Assembly (NCBI GenBank): GCA_963677595.1
Contig: OY782041.1
Location: 2,784,001-2,848,000, forward strand
Reading direction: 5' to 3'
Length of the DNA: 64,000 nucleotides
Origin: Spirochaetia bacterium
GTDB taxonomy: Bacteria > Spirochaetota > Spirochaetia > CAKZLE01
The position numbers were made by a program, and so were the translations under genes. The notes beneath the pieces are model-generated. The model had not been told where the DNA came from, did not search any database, and saw only the letters and a list, made by a program, of their open reading frames with translations. The stretch's first letter is position 1; each line of letters starts with the position of its first letter. Below are positions 27,820-37,040 of this stretch, piece by piece.

Positions 27820-28905
27820 TTACGAACGATAGGGCTCCACTGCCCTGATGACCTGCTCTATTTCTCTCTCATCATAGCAGTCCACCATGACGTAGGTGCC
27901 TTCAGGCCCGATCACGTCGAGCAGCGGCACGACCTCCTCCGGCTTGACCTCGACGACCTGGACGCACTTCCCGGCCTGCTTGATCTTCCGGTACATATCG
28001 AACCAGTGGGGATCCCCGCCGCCGGGGACGTTGGGCCCCGGGGTGTATTCCACGGCATCGAGCGACTCGATCTCGAGGATGGCGTCCACGGTCTTCACGG
28101 CCATGGGACCGTCCACATGGTAGATGGAGTAGTCCTGGTAGTCGCACTGCCTCCTGAGATAGGGGATGACGAACTCCTCGTACATGTCGAGGCTGATCAT
28201 CGCCGCGGTATCGCATTGGGCAAGACAGACCGTCCCCGGTGCCCAGACCATGAAGTAGCCCATGACGGAGCTCCCGTCCTCCTCCCGTATGATATCATAG
28301 AGCCTCGGGTAGACCTCCTCGAAGGCGTGCTGGATCTCATCGAGTTTGGCATGCACCCAGTCAGGGGTGAGGATGAGGTCCATCATGAGGTCCTGGGTCC
28401 CCCTGATCTCAGCAAGGACATCCAGGTTGGGGCAGACTGCCGGCAGCCCGGTGAAGTAGTTCCCGCCTGAGAGCTCCTTGACTGCCCGTGTCGCATCGGA
28501 GATGATCTTCCACCATTCACTCGATGCATCGAAGGTGAGCGGCCGGTCGTTCTCGGGGCCGAAATCCGGGGCATGGTTGTACCAGATGTTGTTCTCCCCG
28601 AAGTCAGGTACCGCCCCGAGCATCGCCGCGAGTGATACGGTCCCGATGTCCGGGAAGGCGATCGGGAACATGTCGAGCGGGGTAGCGCTGCAGGCAAGTC
28701 GGTAGTGCTCGCTCTCGGCGATCCACTTCGGGTCCCGGTACTTCTGGGAGAGTGATGCATACCCGCCCGGGTCCGTAGCAGCCCGGAGCGGTGCTCCCGT
28801 GGGGATCCCGCTGCCCCAGTTGGCCACGATGAGCCCTTCGCGGTCCCACCACTTCTGGAAGTTCTTCTTCGACCCTTCCCAATCATCCTTCCATGTGCAA
28901 TACAT
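27820..28905 (-). CDS. UroD/MtaA-CmuA-fold protein (putative methyltransferase-like)
   Basis: EIRGTQDLMMDL...PDWV, QCDTAAMISLDMYEEFVIPYL, YHVDGP, YRKIKQAGK. Confidence 0.7.
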   Translation of the reverse strand: MYCTWKDDWEGSKKNFQKWWDREGLIVANWGSGIPTGAPLRAATDPGGYASLSQKYRDPKWIAESEHYRLACSATPLDMFPIAFPDIGTVSLAAMLGAVPDFGENNIWYNHAPDFGPENDRPLTFDASSEWWKIISDATRAVKELSGGNYFTGLPAVCPNLDVLAEIRGTQDLMMDLILTPDWVHAKLDEIQHAFEEVYPRLYDIIREEDGSSVMGYFMVWAPGTVCLAQCDTAAMISLDMYEEFVIPYLRRQCDYQDYSIYHVDGPMAVKTVDAILEIESLDAVEYTPGPNVPGGGDPHWFDMYRKIKQAGKCVQVVEVKPEEVVPLLDVIGPEGTYVMVDCYDEREIEQVIRAVEPYRS

Positions 28906-28918
28906 CAGTCAACTCCTC

Positions 28919-31180
28919 TCACAGGTCGATATAGCTTCCGAGACAGGTGTCGCGGCAGCCGGTATAGGTGTCATCGAAATTCACGAGCTCAGGGTCCTTC
29001 ACCATCTCATCGGTACAGGCGACCGCCTCGGGGTAGAGCGGCAGGACCGCCCCTTCCCGTACGAAGAGCGGTATCCGCTCCATCGGCCAGACCTGTTCCG
29101 GGAGCCTGATCGGCCCGGAGGACCGCTCCCCGGTCCAGAAGTCCACCCAGGTCCCCTCGGGGAGGTAGACCGCCCGTCTCGACTCGCTGTTCATGACCGG
29201 TGCGCAGAGGATGTCCCTGCCGAGGAGGTACTCATCAGAGATACCCCAGCAAGCAGGGTCCTGCGGGTAGTGGAGGACCAGGGCCCGCAGCATCGGGTAG
29301 CCGGAGTCCCTGCCTGCCTGGGATTGCTGCAGGAGGTAGGGGATCAGGGCATACCTGAGCTTGAGCCACTCACGGACGGTATCTGCTACCCCCGGGTACT
29401 CCCAGGGTTCCCTGGCACAGGTCCCGTGGTAGCGCAGGTGCGAGGAGAGGACGCCGAACTGGGTCCACCGCAGGTAGAGCTCCTCTGACGGGAAGCTGTT
29501 CATGAAGTTGGGGACCCCGTGGAAGCCCGGGACATCATGGCTCCAGTAGGCGAAGCCTGAGAGGCCGAGCTGCAGCCCGCCGATGAGGGAGGCCGCCATG
29601 CCGTCCCAGGACGCGGCCGCATCCCCGCCCCAGTGGAGCGGGTATCGCTGGCTGCCTGCCCAAGACGAGCGTGCCCAGATGATCCCCTCACCGAGGTGTT
29701 CCTCGGTCGCCTCGAACGCGGCTTTCTGGTAGAGGAGGGCATAGAGGTTGTGGAGCTGCCGTGCCGGCATCCCCATATAGTCTGCGTCGAAGGAGATGTC
29801 CTCCCCGAAGTCGGTCTTGATCACGGAAGCCCCGAAGTCGAACAGGTCTTTGAGCATCCCCTTGTACCAGTCGACGGCTTCAGGGTTCGTGAAATCGATC
29901 TGGCCGCCGAACTGCTGCCCGGAGAAGTCGGAAGCGGTGGAGGCCGTGCTCTTGGCAGGGGCAAGGTACCGTCTCTCCTGGGCGAACTCGAGCAGCCGGT
30001 TTCCCTCGCCGATGTTCGGCGTCTGCCAGAGTGAGATGCGGTAGCCGGCAGCCCGCATTCGGCTCATGAACTCCGCCGGGTCGGGGAACCGTTCATCGCT
30101 GAAGGTCCACTCACAGACCCAGTCCTTCGCGAACCAGCCGGTGTCGATGTGGATGACATCGCAGGGATACTCCTCCTCCCGCATGCGGGTGAAGATCCCG
30201 GTGATCTCCTCATCCGAGAAATAGGTCATCCTGCTCATCCAGGTCCCGTAGGACCAGCCCGGGAGGACGCCGGGGAACCCGGTGACCTGGCGGTACCGCT
30301 TGAGGATGGCCTCCGGCGTACCCCCTCCTATGATGAAGAGGTCAAGCGTGTCATCCTCGATGAGCCCCTGGGCCGATCTCGTGGAGATGTCCGCGAGCGA
30401 GAGCCTGATATGGGAGGGGCTGTGGATGAAGAGCCCGTAGCCGGCACTCGAGAGGTAGAACGGTATGTTCTTGTAGGCACGCCGGTTGTTCACGCCGAGT
30501 GCGTCGATGTTCTCGAGGGTGATCGTCTGCCCCCTCAAATCGAAGGAGTGGAACCGTTCCCCCGTCCCGAGGAAGTGTTCCTGCGGCCCTGCATGGAAGG
30601 AGAAGAGCCATTCCCGTTCGGCCCGCTGGTCGTCATGCCGCTTCACATACCCGAGCGGGATCGATTCCAGCTTGGTCGGTACGAACTGGTCCCAGGAAGA
30701 GAAGGGGAGCTCTCTCCCCCCGTCGGGGTTGAGGGTCCCGGTGAACCGGGAGAAGGGGGCTTCGATCTGGTCGCTCCAGAAGTTGATCGGTTCGGCGGGG
30801 AGGTTGAAGCTCCCCCGTACCGTCCCGCTGGCATCTGTCATGCTGAACTGCCCGCCAGCTTCAGAGACCCTGAGGGGCACCTCCGCGACCTCCCCATCGA
30901 GGCTGATCATCGGGCTCTCGGACAATGGTGTCGTGGAGTTCGTGATCCGGATGATCCCCGGTTCCAGGTAGGAGATGGTGAAACGTACCGTCTCGGTGAC
31001 CGGCGGTTCGGAGATCTTCATCCCAGTCTTCCAGCCCAGCTGTCTGAAGCGGATTTCCGCATCAAGATTGCCCAGGGGATTCTCGCACAGCGAGACCATC
31101 TCCTCAGCGATCCAGATCTCTGAATCGGGGTATTGGTCGAGGTCGATCATATCATAGTTGAAATCATTGCGTTGTTTCAT
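28919..31180 (-). CDS. GH31 alpha-xylosidase (YicI-like)
   Basis: YKNIPFYLS, HIDTGWF, IKTDFGE nucleophile, HWGGD acid/base, WSHDVPGF. Confidence 0.9.
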   Translation of the reverse strand: MKQRNDFNYDMIDLDQYPDSEIWIAEEMVSLCENPLGNLDAEIRFRQLGWKTGMKISEPPVTETVRFTISYLEPGIIRITNSTTPLSESPMISLDGEVAEVPLRVSEAGGQFSMTDASGTVRGSFNLPAEPINFWSDQIEAPFSRFTGTLNPDGGRELPFSSWDQFVPTKLESIPLGYVKRHDDQRAEREWLFSFHAGPQEHFLGTGERFHSFDLRGQTITLENIDALGVNNRRAYKNIPFYLSSAGYGLFIHSPSHIRLSLADISTRSAQGLIEDDTLDLFIIGGGTPEAILKRYRQVTGFPGVLPGWSYGTWMSRMTYFSDEEITGIFTRMREEEYPCDVIHIDTGWFAKDWVCEWTFSDERFPDPAEFMSRMRAAGYRISLWQTPNIGEGNRLLEFAQERRYLAPAKSTASTASDFSGQQFGGQIDFTNPEAVDWYKGMLKDLFDFGASVIKTDFGEDISFDADYMGMPARQLHNLYALLYQKAAFEATEEHLGEGIIWARSSWAGSQRYPLHWGGDAAASWDGMAASLIGGLQLGLSGFAYWSHDVPGFHGVPNFMNSFPSEELYLRWTQFGVLSSHLRYHGTCAREPWEYPGVADTVREWLKLRYALIPYLLQQSQAGRDSGYPMLRALVLHYPQDPACWGISDEYLLGRDILCAPVMNSESRRAVYLPEGTWVDFWTGERSSGPIRLPEQVWPMERIPLFVREGAVLPLYPEAVACTDEMVKDPELVNFDDTYTGCRDTCLGSYIDL

Positions 31181-31251
31181 AGCCTGCTCCTTCCGGTTCC
31201 CTGCTGCACGGGACGCACTGCTGGTGAAGATTATCCTCAGGGGGATGTTGA

Positions 31252-31310
31252 AAGTATAGATCGGATTCCCCAGCAGTCTATGGACATATTAGTTCATTAT
31301 TTGCACTTTT
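31252..31310 (-). promoter_or_regulatory. Conserved promoter/activator module, copy 2
   Basis: Near-identical to 23664-23722. Confidence 0.75.
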
Positions 31311-31474
31311 TCGGCTGGGTGTGTGTAATTTTCCTGCACACAATGAGTTGCTTTGCTCTTCGGCTGATCCTGGAACGGCTTTCCAGATATGCTTTTTAAA
31401 AAACCGGCAGGTTCGCCTTCCTGCTTGGGGCAATCCGTTCTAGAATAGGAGGCAGTATATCATCGGAGGGACAC

Positions 31475-34168
31475 ATGGCTGAAGTAACAGGACTCAAGAC
31501 GGACTACCGCAACGGCATCGTCGGGATCACGGGATCCCCGCAGTTCTCCTGGCAGATCGAATCCTGCTTCCGCAACTGCCGGCAGAGGGCATACCAGCTC
31601 CAGGTCTCCCGGGAGGGGAGCTTCTCTTCTCCCCTCCTCGATACCGGGCTGGTTGAGAGCGGGGAGTCTGCCCATGTCCGCATCGAGGGGTTCACCCCCG
31701 ACGAGGGCGGGATCTATTACACACGGGTTCGGGTCGTGACCGATGATGACGGGGAAGCGGGGGGCTTAAGCAGGTACAGCCAGCCGGTGAGGATGGTCGG
31801 GGGCCTGCGGGACCCGGAGGTTTTGAAAGGCTGCTTCATCACCGCGGAACGCCCCGGGGATCGGGAACGTGCTGGGGGGACCTACCTGAGGAACGAACTG
31901 GTCCTGAAAGGTGAGGTCCGCTCAGCGGTAGCATACTCGACGGCACAGGGACTCTACCAGCTCCATATGAACGGGTGCAGGGCCTCTGATGATGAACTCT
32001 CACCGGGATGGACGAGTTATGACCATCGCCTGCTCTACCAGAGCTGCGTCGTCACCGGGTACCTGCACAAAGGCCGTAATGCAGTCGGTGCCCATCTCGG
32101 GGCCGGCTGGTACAAGGGTGATATAAGCTTCACCCATGTGCGGAACTACTACGGGGACCATGCCTCCCTGTCGTTCCGCCTCGTTGTAGCATATACCGAT
32201 GGAACGTCTGAGACCTTCTACAGCGACGAGAGCTGGACTGCTTCTGACAGCCCCGTCCTGCAGGCCGAGATATACGACGGCGAGGCCTACGATGCCCGGC
32301 TGGAGCAGCCCGGGTGGGACCGGGCCGGGTTCGATGATTCTCTCTGGCGTACCGCTCGCCCGGTGCCCTGCACCTCCCGGCTCATCGAGCCGCAGCAGGG
32401 GACGGCGGTCCGCCTCATTGAGACGGTCTCCCCGAAGCTGGCATTCTACACACCGAAGGGTGAGCGGGTGATCGACTTCGGGCAGAATATGTCGGCCCTG
32501 CCGGAGATCTCCGGCCAGGGACAGGCCGGCGATACCATCGTGCTCACCTGCTTCGAGGTGCTCGATGCGGAGGGCAATGTCTACACCGACAACCTGCGGG
32601 AAGCGAAGCAGCGGATCGTCTATATAGTGAAGGATGACAAGCCCTTCACCTACCGTCCCCATTTCACCTTCTTCGGGTTCCGTTTCCTCCATGTGGAATC
32701 CTTCTGCGGACGTGCGGACCTCGATAACTTCACCGCGCGGGTGATTCACTCAGACATGGAGCCAACCGGCTCCTTCGAGTGCTCGAACCCTGAGATCAAC
32801 CAGCTGCAGCACAACATCCTCTGGGGCCTCAAGAGCAACTTCGTCGACGTCCCCACCGACTGTCCCCAGCGGGACGAGCGGCTCGGGTGGACCGGGGATG
32901 CCCAGATCTTCTGCAGGACAGCCTGCTTCAACGTGAACACCTACGGGTTCTTCACCACATGGCTGCGGGACCTTGCCCTTGACCAGGCTGCAGCCGGAGG
33001 GGTGCCCCACGTCGTTCCAGACCTCTTCAACAAGTACCCCTTCGAGAACTGGCTGCTCAACCAGGGGACCCACTCCGCTGCCGCCTGGGCAGATGCTGCC
33101 GTCATCATCCCCTGGAACCTCTACCTGTCCTTCGGGGACACGGCTGTGCTCGAACGGCAGTATGGGAGCATGAAGGAGTGGGTCGACTTCATGCACACGC
33201 ATGCGGTGGGGAATATATGGAACTACAAGCTCCAGTTCGGCGACTGGGTAGCCCTCGATGCCGAGGAGGGCAGTTACTTCGGTGCGACCCCGAACGACCT
33301 TACCTGCACCGCCTACTATGCCTATACCACCGGCCTCTTCTCGAAGGCCGCGAGAGTCCTGGGGAAGGAAGAGGTCGCGGATGAGTATGGGAGGCTCCAT
33401 GGTGAGATCGTCCGCGCCTTCAGGGAGACCTTCTTCGATGGTGAGGGGAAGCTGACTGCACAGACACAGACCGCCCATATCCTGGCGCTCCATTTCGATC
33501 TTGTCCCCGAGGCGTACAGATCGCAGACAGTCTCCGGCCTGAAGCGGCTGCTGGCCGAGCAGGATGGACACCTGGTCACCGGGTTCGTCGGTACCCCCTA
33601 TTTCTGCCATGCTCTGAGCGCTAACGGCTGCCTGAAAGAGGCCTATGAGCTGCTGCTCAAGGATGATTTCCCTTCCTGGCTCTACCAGGTCCGCAAGGGG
33701 GCGACGACCATCTGGGAACATTGGGACGGGATCCGTCCTGACGGCTCCATGTGGAGTCCGGGGATGAACTCCTTCAACCATTATGCCTACGGTGCCGTCG
33801 GGGAGTGGCTCTACCGGGTCGTCGCCGGGATCGAGATCGATGAGCAGGCCCCGGGCTATGCGAGGAGCATCATCGCCCCGAGGATCGGCGGTGACCTGTC
33901 ATACGTGAAGGCGTCCTATACCTCGAGCTACGGGGCTGTGGAGGTCATCTGGGAGGTGGCGCGGGATGCTGCCCATCCCGAGCTGAAGCATGTCCTGCTC
34001 CATGTATCCATACCGGTGAACACGGCTGCGGCGATCAGGCTCACCGACAATGCGGTACTGACTGACGGGGACGGCCTGGGATTCAGTCAGCAGGGTGAGT
34101 ACCTGGAGGCAGAGGCCGGATCGGGACGGTATACCATCGGGTTCGACCTGGCTGATCAGGCACGCTGA
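31475..34168 (+). CDS. GH78 alpha-L-rhamnosidase
   Basis: DFGQN, PTDCPQRDERLGWTGDAQ, GATTIWEHWD, NSFNHYAYGAV. Confidence 0.95.
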   Translation: MAEVTGLKTDYRNGIVGITGSPQFSWQIESCFRNCRQRAYQLQVSREGSFSSPLLDTGLVESGESAHVRIEGFTPDEGGIYYTRVRVVTDDDGEAGGLSRYSQPVRMVGGLRDPEVLKGCFITAERPGDRERAGGTYLRNELVLKGEVRSAVAYSTAQGLYQLHMNGCRASDDELSPGWTSYDHRLLYQSCVVTGYLHKGRNAVGAHLGAGWYKGDISFTHVRNYYGDHASLSFRLVVAYTDGTSETFYSDESWTASDSPVLQAEIYDGEAYDARLEQPGWDRAGFDDSLWRTARPVPCTSRLIEPQQGTAVRLIETVSPKLAFYTPKGERVIDFGQNMSALPEISGQGQAGDTIVLTCFEVLDAEGNVYTDNLREAKQRIVYIVKDDKPFTYRPHFTFFGFRFLHVESFCGRADLDNFTARVIHSDMEPTGSFECSNPEINQLQHNILWGLKSNFVDVPTDCPQRDERLGWTGDAQIFCRTACFNVNTYGFFTTWLRDLALDQAAAGGVPHVVPDLFNKYPFENWLLNQGTHSAAAWADAAVIIPWNLYLSFGDTAVLERQYGSMKEWVDFMHTHAVGNIWNYKLQFGDWVALDAEEGSYFGATPNDLTCTAYYAYTTGLFSKAARVLGKEEVADEYGRLHGEIVRAFRETFFDGEGKLTAQTQTAHILALHFDLVPEAYRSQTVSGLKRLLAEQDGHLVTGFVGTPYFCHALSANGCLKEAYELLLKDDFPSWLYQVRKGATTIWEHWDGIRPDGSMWSPGMNSFNHYAYGAVGEWLYRVVAGIEIDEQAPGYARSIIAPRIGGDLSYVKASYTSSYGAVEVIWEVARDAAHPELKHVLLHVSIPVNTAAAIRLTDNAVLTDGDGLGFSQQGEYLEAEAGSGRYTIGFDLADQAR

Positions 34169-34169
34169 T

Positions 34170-34202
34170 TCAGCTGTCGATCTTGATCCCAAGGAAGGAT
34201 AG
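34170..34202. repeat. Direct repeat copy 1 (displaced 3' end of the pentapeptide-repeat gene, att-like)
   Basis: TCAGCTGTCGATCTTGATCCCAAGGAAGGATAG vs 36191-36223, 31/33 identical. Confidence 0.9.
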
Positions 34203-34213
34203 AGTAATTCATC

Positions 34214-34269
34214 TTGAATTTGTGAGATTTATAACTTATAATTGTTTTATGCAATAAACTTGCATAAAA
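34214..34269 (+). promoter_or_regulatory. Promoter and perfect inverted repeat upstream of the ATPase
   Basis: TTGAAT(34214)-17 nt-TATAAT(34237); TTTTATGCAA-taaac-TTGCATAAAA at 34245-34269. Confidence 0.7.
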
Positions 34270-34290
34270 AGCTTGTAAGGTTGGTAGAAT

Positions 34291-35544
34291 ATGCTGCTGG
34301 AGTTCTCTGTTGGTAATTTCCGCTCTTTTAAGGAACGGGTGACATTCTCTGCTCTGGCTGATACGAAGATCAGGTCATTCACTGAGAATATACACATGGT
34401 AGGGAATCTTTCGGTATTGAGGGCGAATATCGTGTATGGTCCGAATGCCGGGGGTAAATCGAATTTTGCGCAAGCGTATTACAGCATGCTGCGGTTATTG
34501 CGCAGTTCATTCCAGGATGAGAACTCGCTCAGCCTCAGATATGATCCTTTTTCACTTGATGGCGCCATGAAGGGCAGGCCCACATATTTTGAGCTGCGGT
34601 TCCTGGTACAGGCTAAGGAAGATGCGATCTATCGGTTAGGGTTCGAGTATACTGCCGAAAAAGTCGTGCGTGAGTGGATGTACCGGAAAGCACTCAGCCC
34701 GAAAAGCAGGGAGAACCTCATCTATTCTCGTGATGGGCAAACTGTCCAGGCGGGTAACAGCATGCCTGACAAGGCCGTGATTCTCACCATCGAGAAGCAG
34801 AACCTGCTGCGGGAGAATACGCTGCTGTTCACCCTGCTTGATTCCTTGAACAACTCCATGGTCGCTGAGGTCCAGACTGAGTTCTTCCAGAAGAACATCG
34901 CTGCCAGTGCACTCTATCTTCATAAGAATGCCATGATCGATGAATCTGTCTTCGAAGATGAGACGTTGAAGGACGCGTATCTCTATCTTCTCCGGAAGGC
35001 AGATACCGGGATCGAGGATTTCAAACTTGACGATACGCCGCTGATGTCCAAGAAACGTAATATCCTGACGGCCCATACCGTGAGGAGGGGGAAAGAGCAG
35101 GAGCTCGAGTATTTTACGATGGCCACCATGGAATCTCAGGGAACGAAGAAGATCTTCATGCTGATAGGAGTAGTACTGACAGCCTTGAGGGACGGCGGCG
35201 TGGTGGTCATAGATGAATTGGATACTCAGCTCCATCCGTTGTTGACACGGCTCTTGTTCAATCTGTTCAATGACGCGACGATGAACCTGAAGCATGCACA
35301 GTTAGTTGCTATGACGCATGAACATTCATTGCTGAATCATCCTTCGATCAGGAAGGACCAGGTCTGGTTCATACAGAAGAATTCAGGTATGGAGAGCGAG
35401 CTCTTCTCTCTTGCAGATTTTAAGGATGAGCGGTCAGTCCATTCTTTTGGTAAGCGATATATGAGTGGGCAGTACGGTGCAATTCCTGACGTAGGAGACC
35501 TGGCATTCCTTACTGAGCACCTGTTTGGTGAAAGCCAGGTATAG
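34291..35544 (+). CDS. RloA/AbiLi-like ABC-type ATPase (AAA_21)
   Basis: MLLEFSVGNFRSFKE, Walker A YGPNAGGKSN, signature ESQGTKK, Walker B/D-loop IDELDTQLHP, QLVAMTH, RKDQVWFIQK, YMSGQYGAIP. Confidence 0.88.
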   Translation: MLLEFSVGNFRSFKERVTFSALADTKIRSFTENIHMVGNLSVLRANIVYGPNAGGKSNFAQAYYSMLRLLRSSFQDENSLSLRYDPFSLDGAMKGRPTYFELRFLVQAKEDAIYRLGFEYTAEKVVREWMYRKALSPKSRENLIYSRDGQTVQAGNSMPDKAVILTIEKQNLLRENTLLFTLLDSLNNSMVAEVQTEFFQKNIAASALYLHKNAMIDESVFEDETLKDAYLYLLRKADTGIEDFKLDDTPLMSKKRNILTAHTVRRGKEQELEYFTMATMESQGTKKIFMLIGVVLTALRDGGVVVIDELDTQLHPLLTRLLFNLFNDATMNLKHAQLVAMTHEHSLLNHPSIRKDQVWFIQKNSGMESELFSLADFKDERSVHSFGKRYMSGQYGAIPDVGDLAFLTEHLFGESQV

Positions 35545-36154
35545 AGTTGCCGGAAAGCCCCGGTTCAGGCAAAGGAAGATCCTTATTCTCTGTCAGGGGA
35601 AAACTGAAGAAGTGTACCTGTCATCTTTTCCCGGGGTGCGAAACGGCAGCGAGTGGTCAGTGTCTATCAATATTGAATCTCTGGCTCTCGATCCGCTGCA
35701 GCTGGTACAGCGTGCGGTGGCGCTGCGGGATCGTGAAAAAACCAGAGGTACAGGTTTCAACCAAGTCTGGTGTGTCTTTGATAAAGATGATTTCAAAAAG
35801 AACTTCCGCGAGGGGGTCCAGCTGGCGGATGCAGAGAATATCCACCATGCATTCAGTATTGAATCCTTTGAGTTGTGGCTCCTGCTGCATTTTCAGGCAG
35901 TTTCGGTTGACAGCCCTCTTGATCGGAATGATTACATCACTGAACTGGATTTTGGGAATCGATTGCCGGGATACTGCAAGCAGGAGGAGTGGTTGCAGCA
36001 GCATGTGACATGCAGGAGTCTGGGTAAGGTTCGGCGGGATCAAGCGCTGAGGAATTCTAAGAACCTGGAAGATAGGGCGAGGAAAAGAGGATCGGTCTAC
36101 AAGAAGCAGAATTGCACCATCCATAAGATAGTTGAGTTTCTGCTTCAGCTTTAG
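35525..36154 (+). CDS. RloB/AbiLii-like TOPRIM-fold protein
   Basis: ILILCQGKTEEVY, VWCVFDKDDF, SIESFELWLLLHF; overlaps the ATPase stop. Confidence 0.88.
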   Translation: MVKARYRVAGKPRFRQRKILILCQGKTEEVYLSSFPGVRNGSEWSVSINIESLALDPLQLVQRAVALRDREKTRGTGFNQVWCVFDKDDFKKNFREGVQLADAENIHHAFSIESFELWLLLHFQAVSVDSPLDRNDYITELDFGNRLPGYCKQEEWLQQHVTCRSLGKVRRDQALRNSKNLEDRARKRGSVYKKQNCTIHKIVEFLLQL

Positions 36155-36190
36155 ACAAAGGAAATAGAGAATAGGGCATGTTGCCTTGAG

Positions 36191-36223
36191 TCAGCTGTCG
36201 ATCTTGATCCCGAGGAAGGAGAG
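36191..36223. repeat. Direct repeat copy 2 (functional 3' end of the pentapeptide-repeat gene)
   Basis: TCAGCTGTCGATCTTGATCCCGAGGAAGGAGAG. Confidence 0.9.
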
Positions 36224-36814
36224 GAAAGACTGTGCCTCGGGCAGGGTGAAGACGGCATTCTTCAGTGCGTTGGACTCGGGGTCTATCAGGTAGCCCTCAG
36301 CAGTCCTGAAGTCGGCTTTCTGCAGGTCGCAGTGGCTGAAGGTGACATCCCTGAACCTTGTCTTCGAGAAGTCCGCCTCCCGGAAGTCAACATACCGGAA
36401 TTCAGAGCCTGAGAGGGTGCACTTCTGGATCGATGCCTTGCGCATCTTCCTGTTGGCGATGCAGACATTGTCGAGGATGCAGTCGGAGAAGGTGAGGGCG
36501 AAGAGGAACTCGTTGCAGTAGGTGAAGTCGACCCCGGCGAGCTTGCATCCGGAGAAGTGGACATCGTGCAGGGCGGTGTTGTCGAACTTCGTCAGGACGA
36601 AGGAGGACTCCTCGAAGATGCAGTCGGAGAAGTGGGTGCTCGCGAGCGTCATCCCGTCGAACGAGCAGGAGCGGAAGACGCACTCCTCGAACGAGCGGTC
36701 GGTGAGGTCCTCTACGGTGAAGTCTACCCCCTCATAGTGAATGAGCTCCTGGTAGTCCTGTATCTCAAGGGGTGATTCCCGGTCTATGGTCTGTATGCAG
36801 TTCACTGGTTTCAT
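36191..36814 (-). CDS. Pentapeptide-repeat protein (YjcF/Qnr-like fold)
   Basis: F/L every fifth residue (FEECVFRSCSF...ADFSKTRF...CDLQKADFRTA); start taken at MKPVNC. Confidence 0.88.
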   Translation of the reverse strand: MKPVNCIQTIDRESPLEIQDYQELIHYEGVDFTVEDLTDRSFEECVFRSCSFDGMTLASTHFSDCIFEESSFVLTKFDNTALHDVHFSGCKLAGVDFTYCNEFLFALTFSDCILDNVCIANRKMRKASIQKCTLSGSEFRYVDFREADFSKTRFRDVTFSHCDLQKADFRTAEGYLIDPESNALKNAVFTLPEAQSFLSFLGIKIDS

Positions 36815-37040
36815 GACGGAGCACAGTATAATCCATAAGCCCGGCTGTGGGAAGGAGCAGCTACCCTGCTGTGTCATACTGTTGACCCGATGTAACAGGA
36901 GCGAGCAGTCTCGGTATAGGTGAACGTATTTTCACCCGTTATGCCTGTTTTTGTGCATAATTATTCCTGATTACTTGACTGTATTCTCATCTTCTATGAT
37001 ATAGTCATAGAAACTGCTGATACAAGAACACAAGGGGAGT

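Larger units (their letters stand above)
34170..36223. mobile_element. Integrase-free islet (about 2 kb) carrying RloA/RloB-like genes
   Basis: Flanking 33-bp direct repeats; visibly more AT-rich with different codon usage than its neighbours; own promoter. Confidence 0.7.

Noticed and set aside
36191-36814. Calling the pentapeptide protein a Qnr quinolone-resistance determinant
   Set aside because: The fold is shared by many chromosomal proteins and no Qnr-specific evidence is visible
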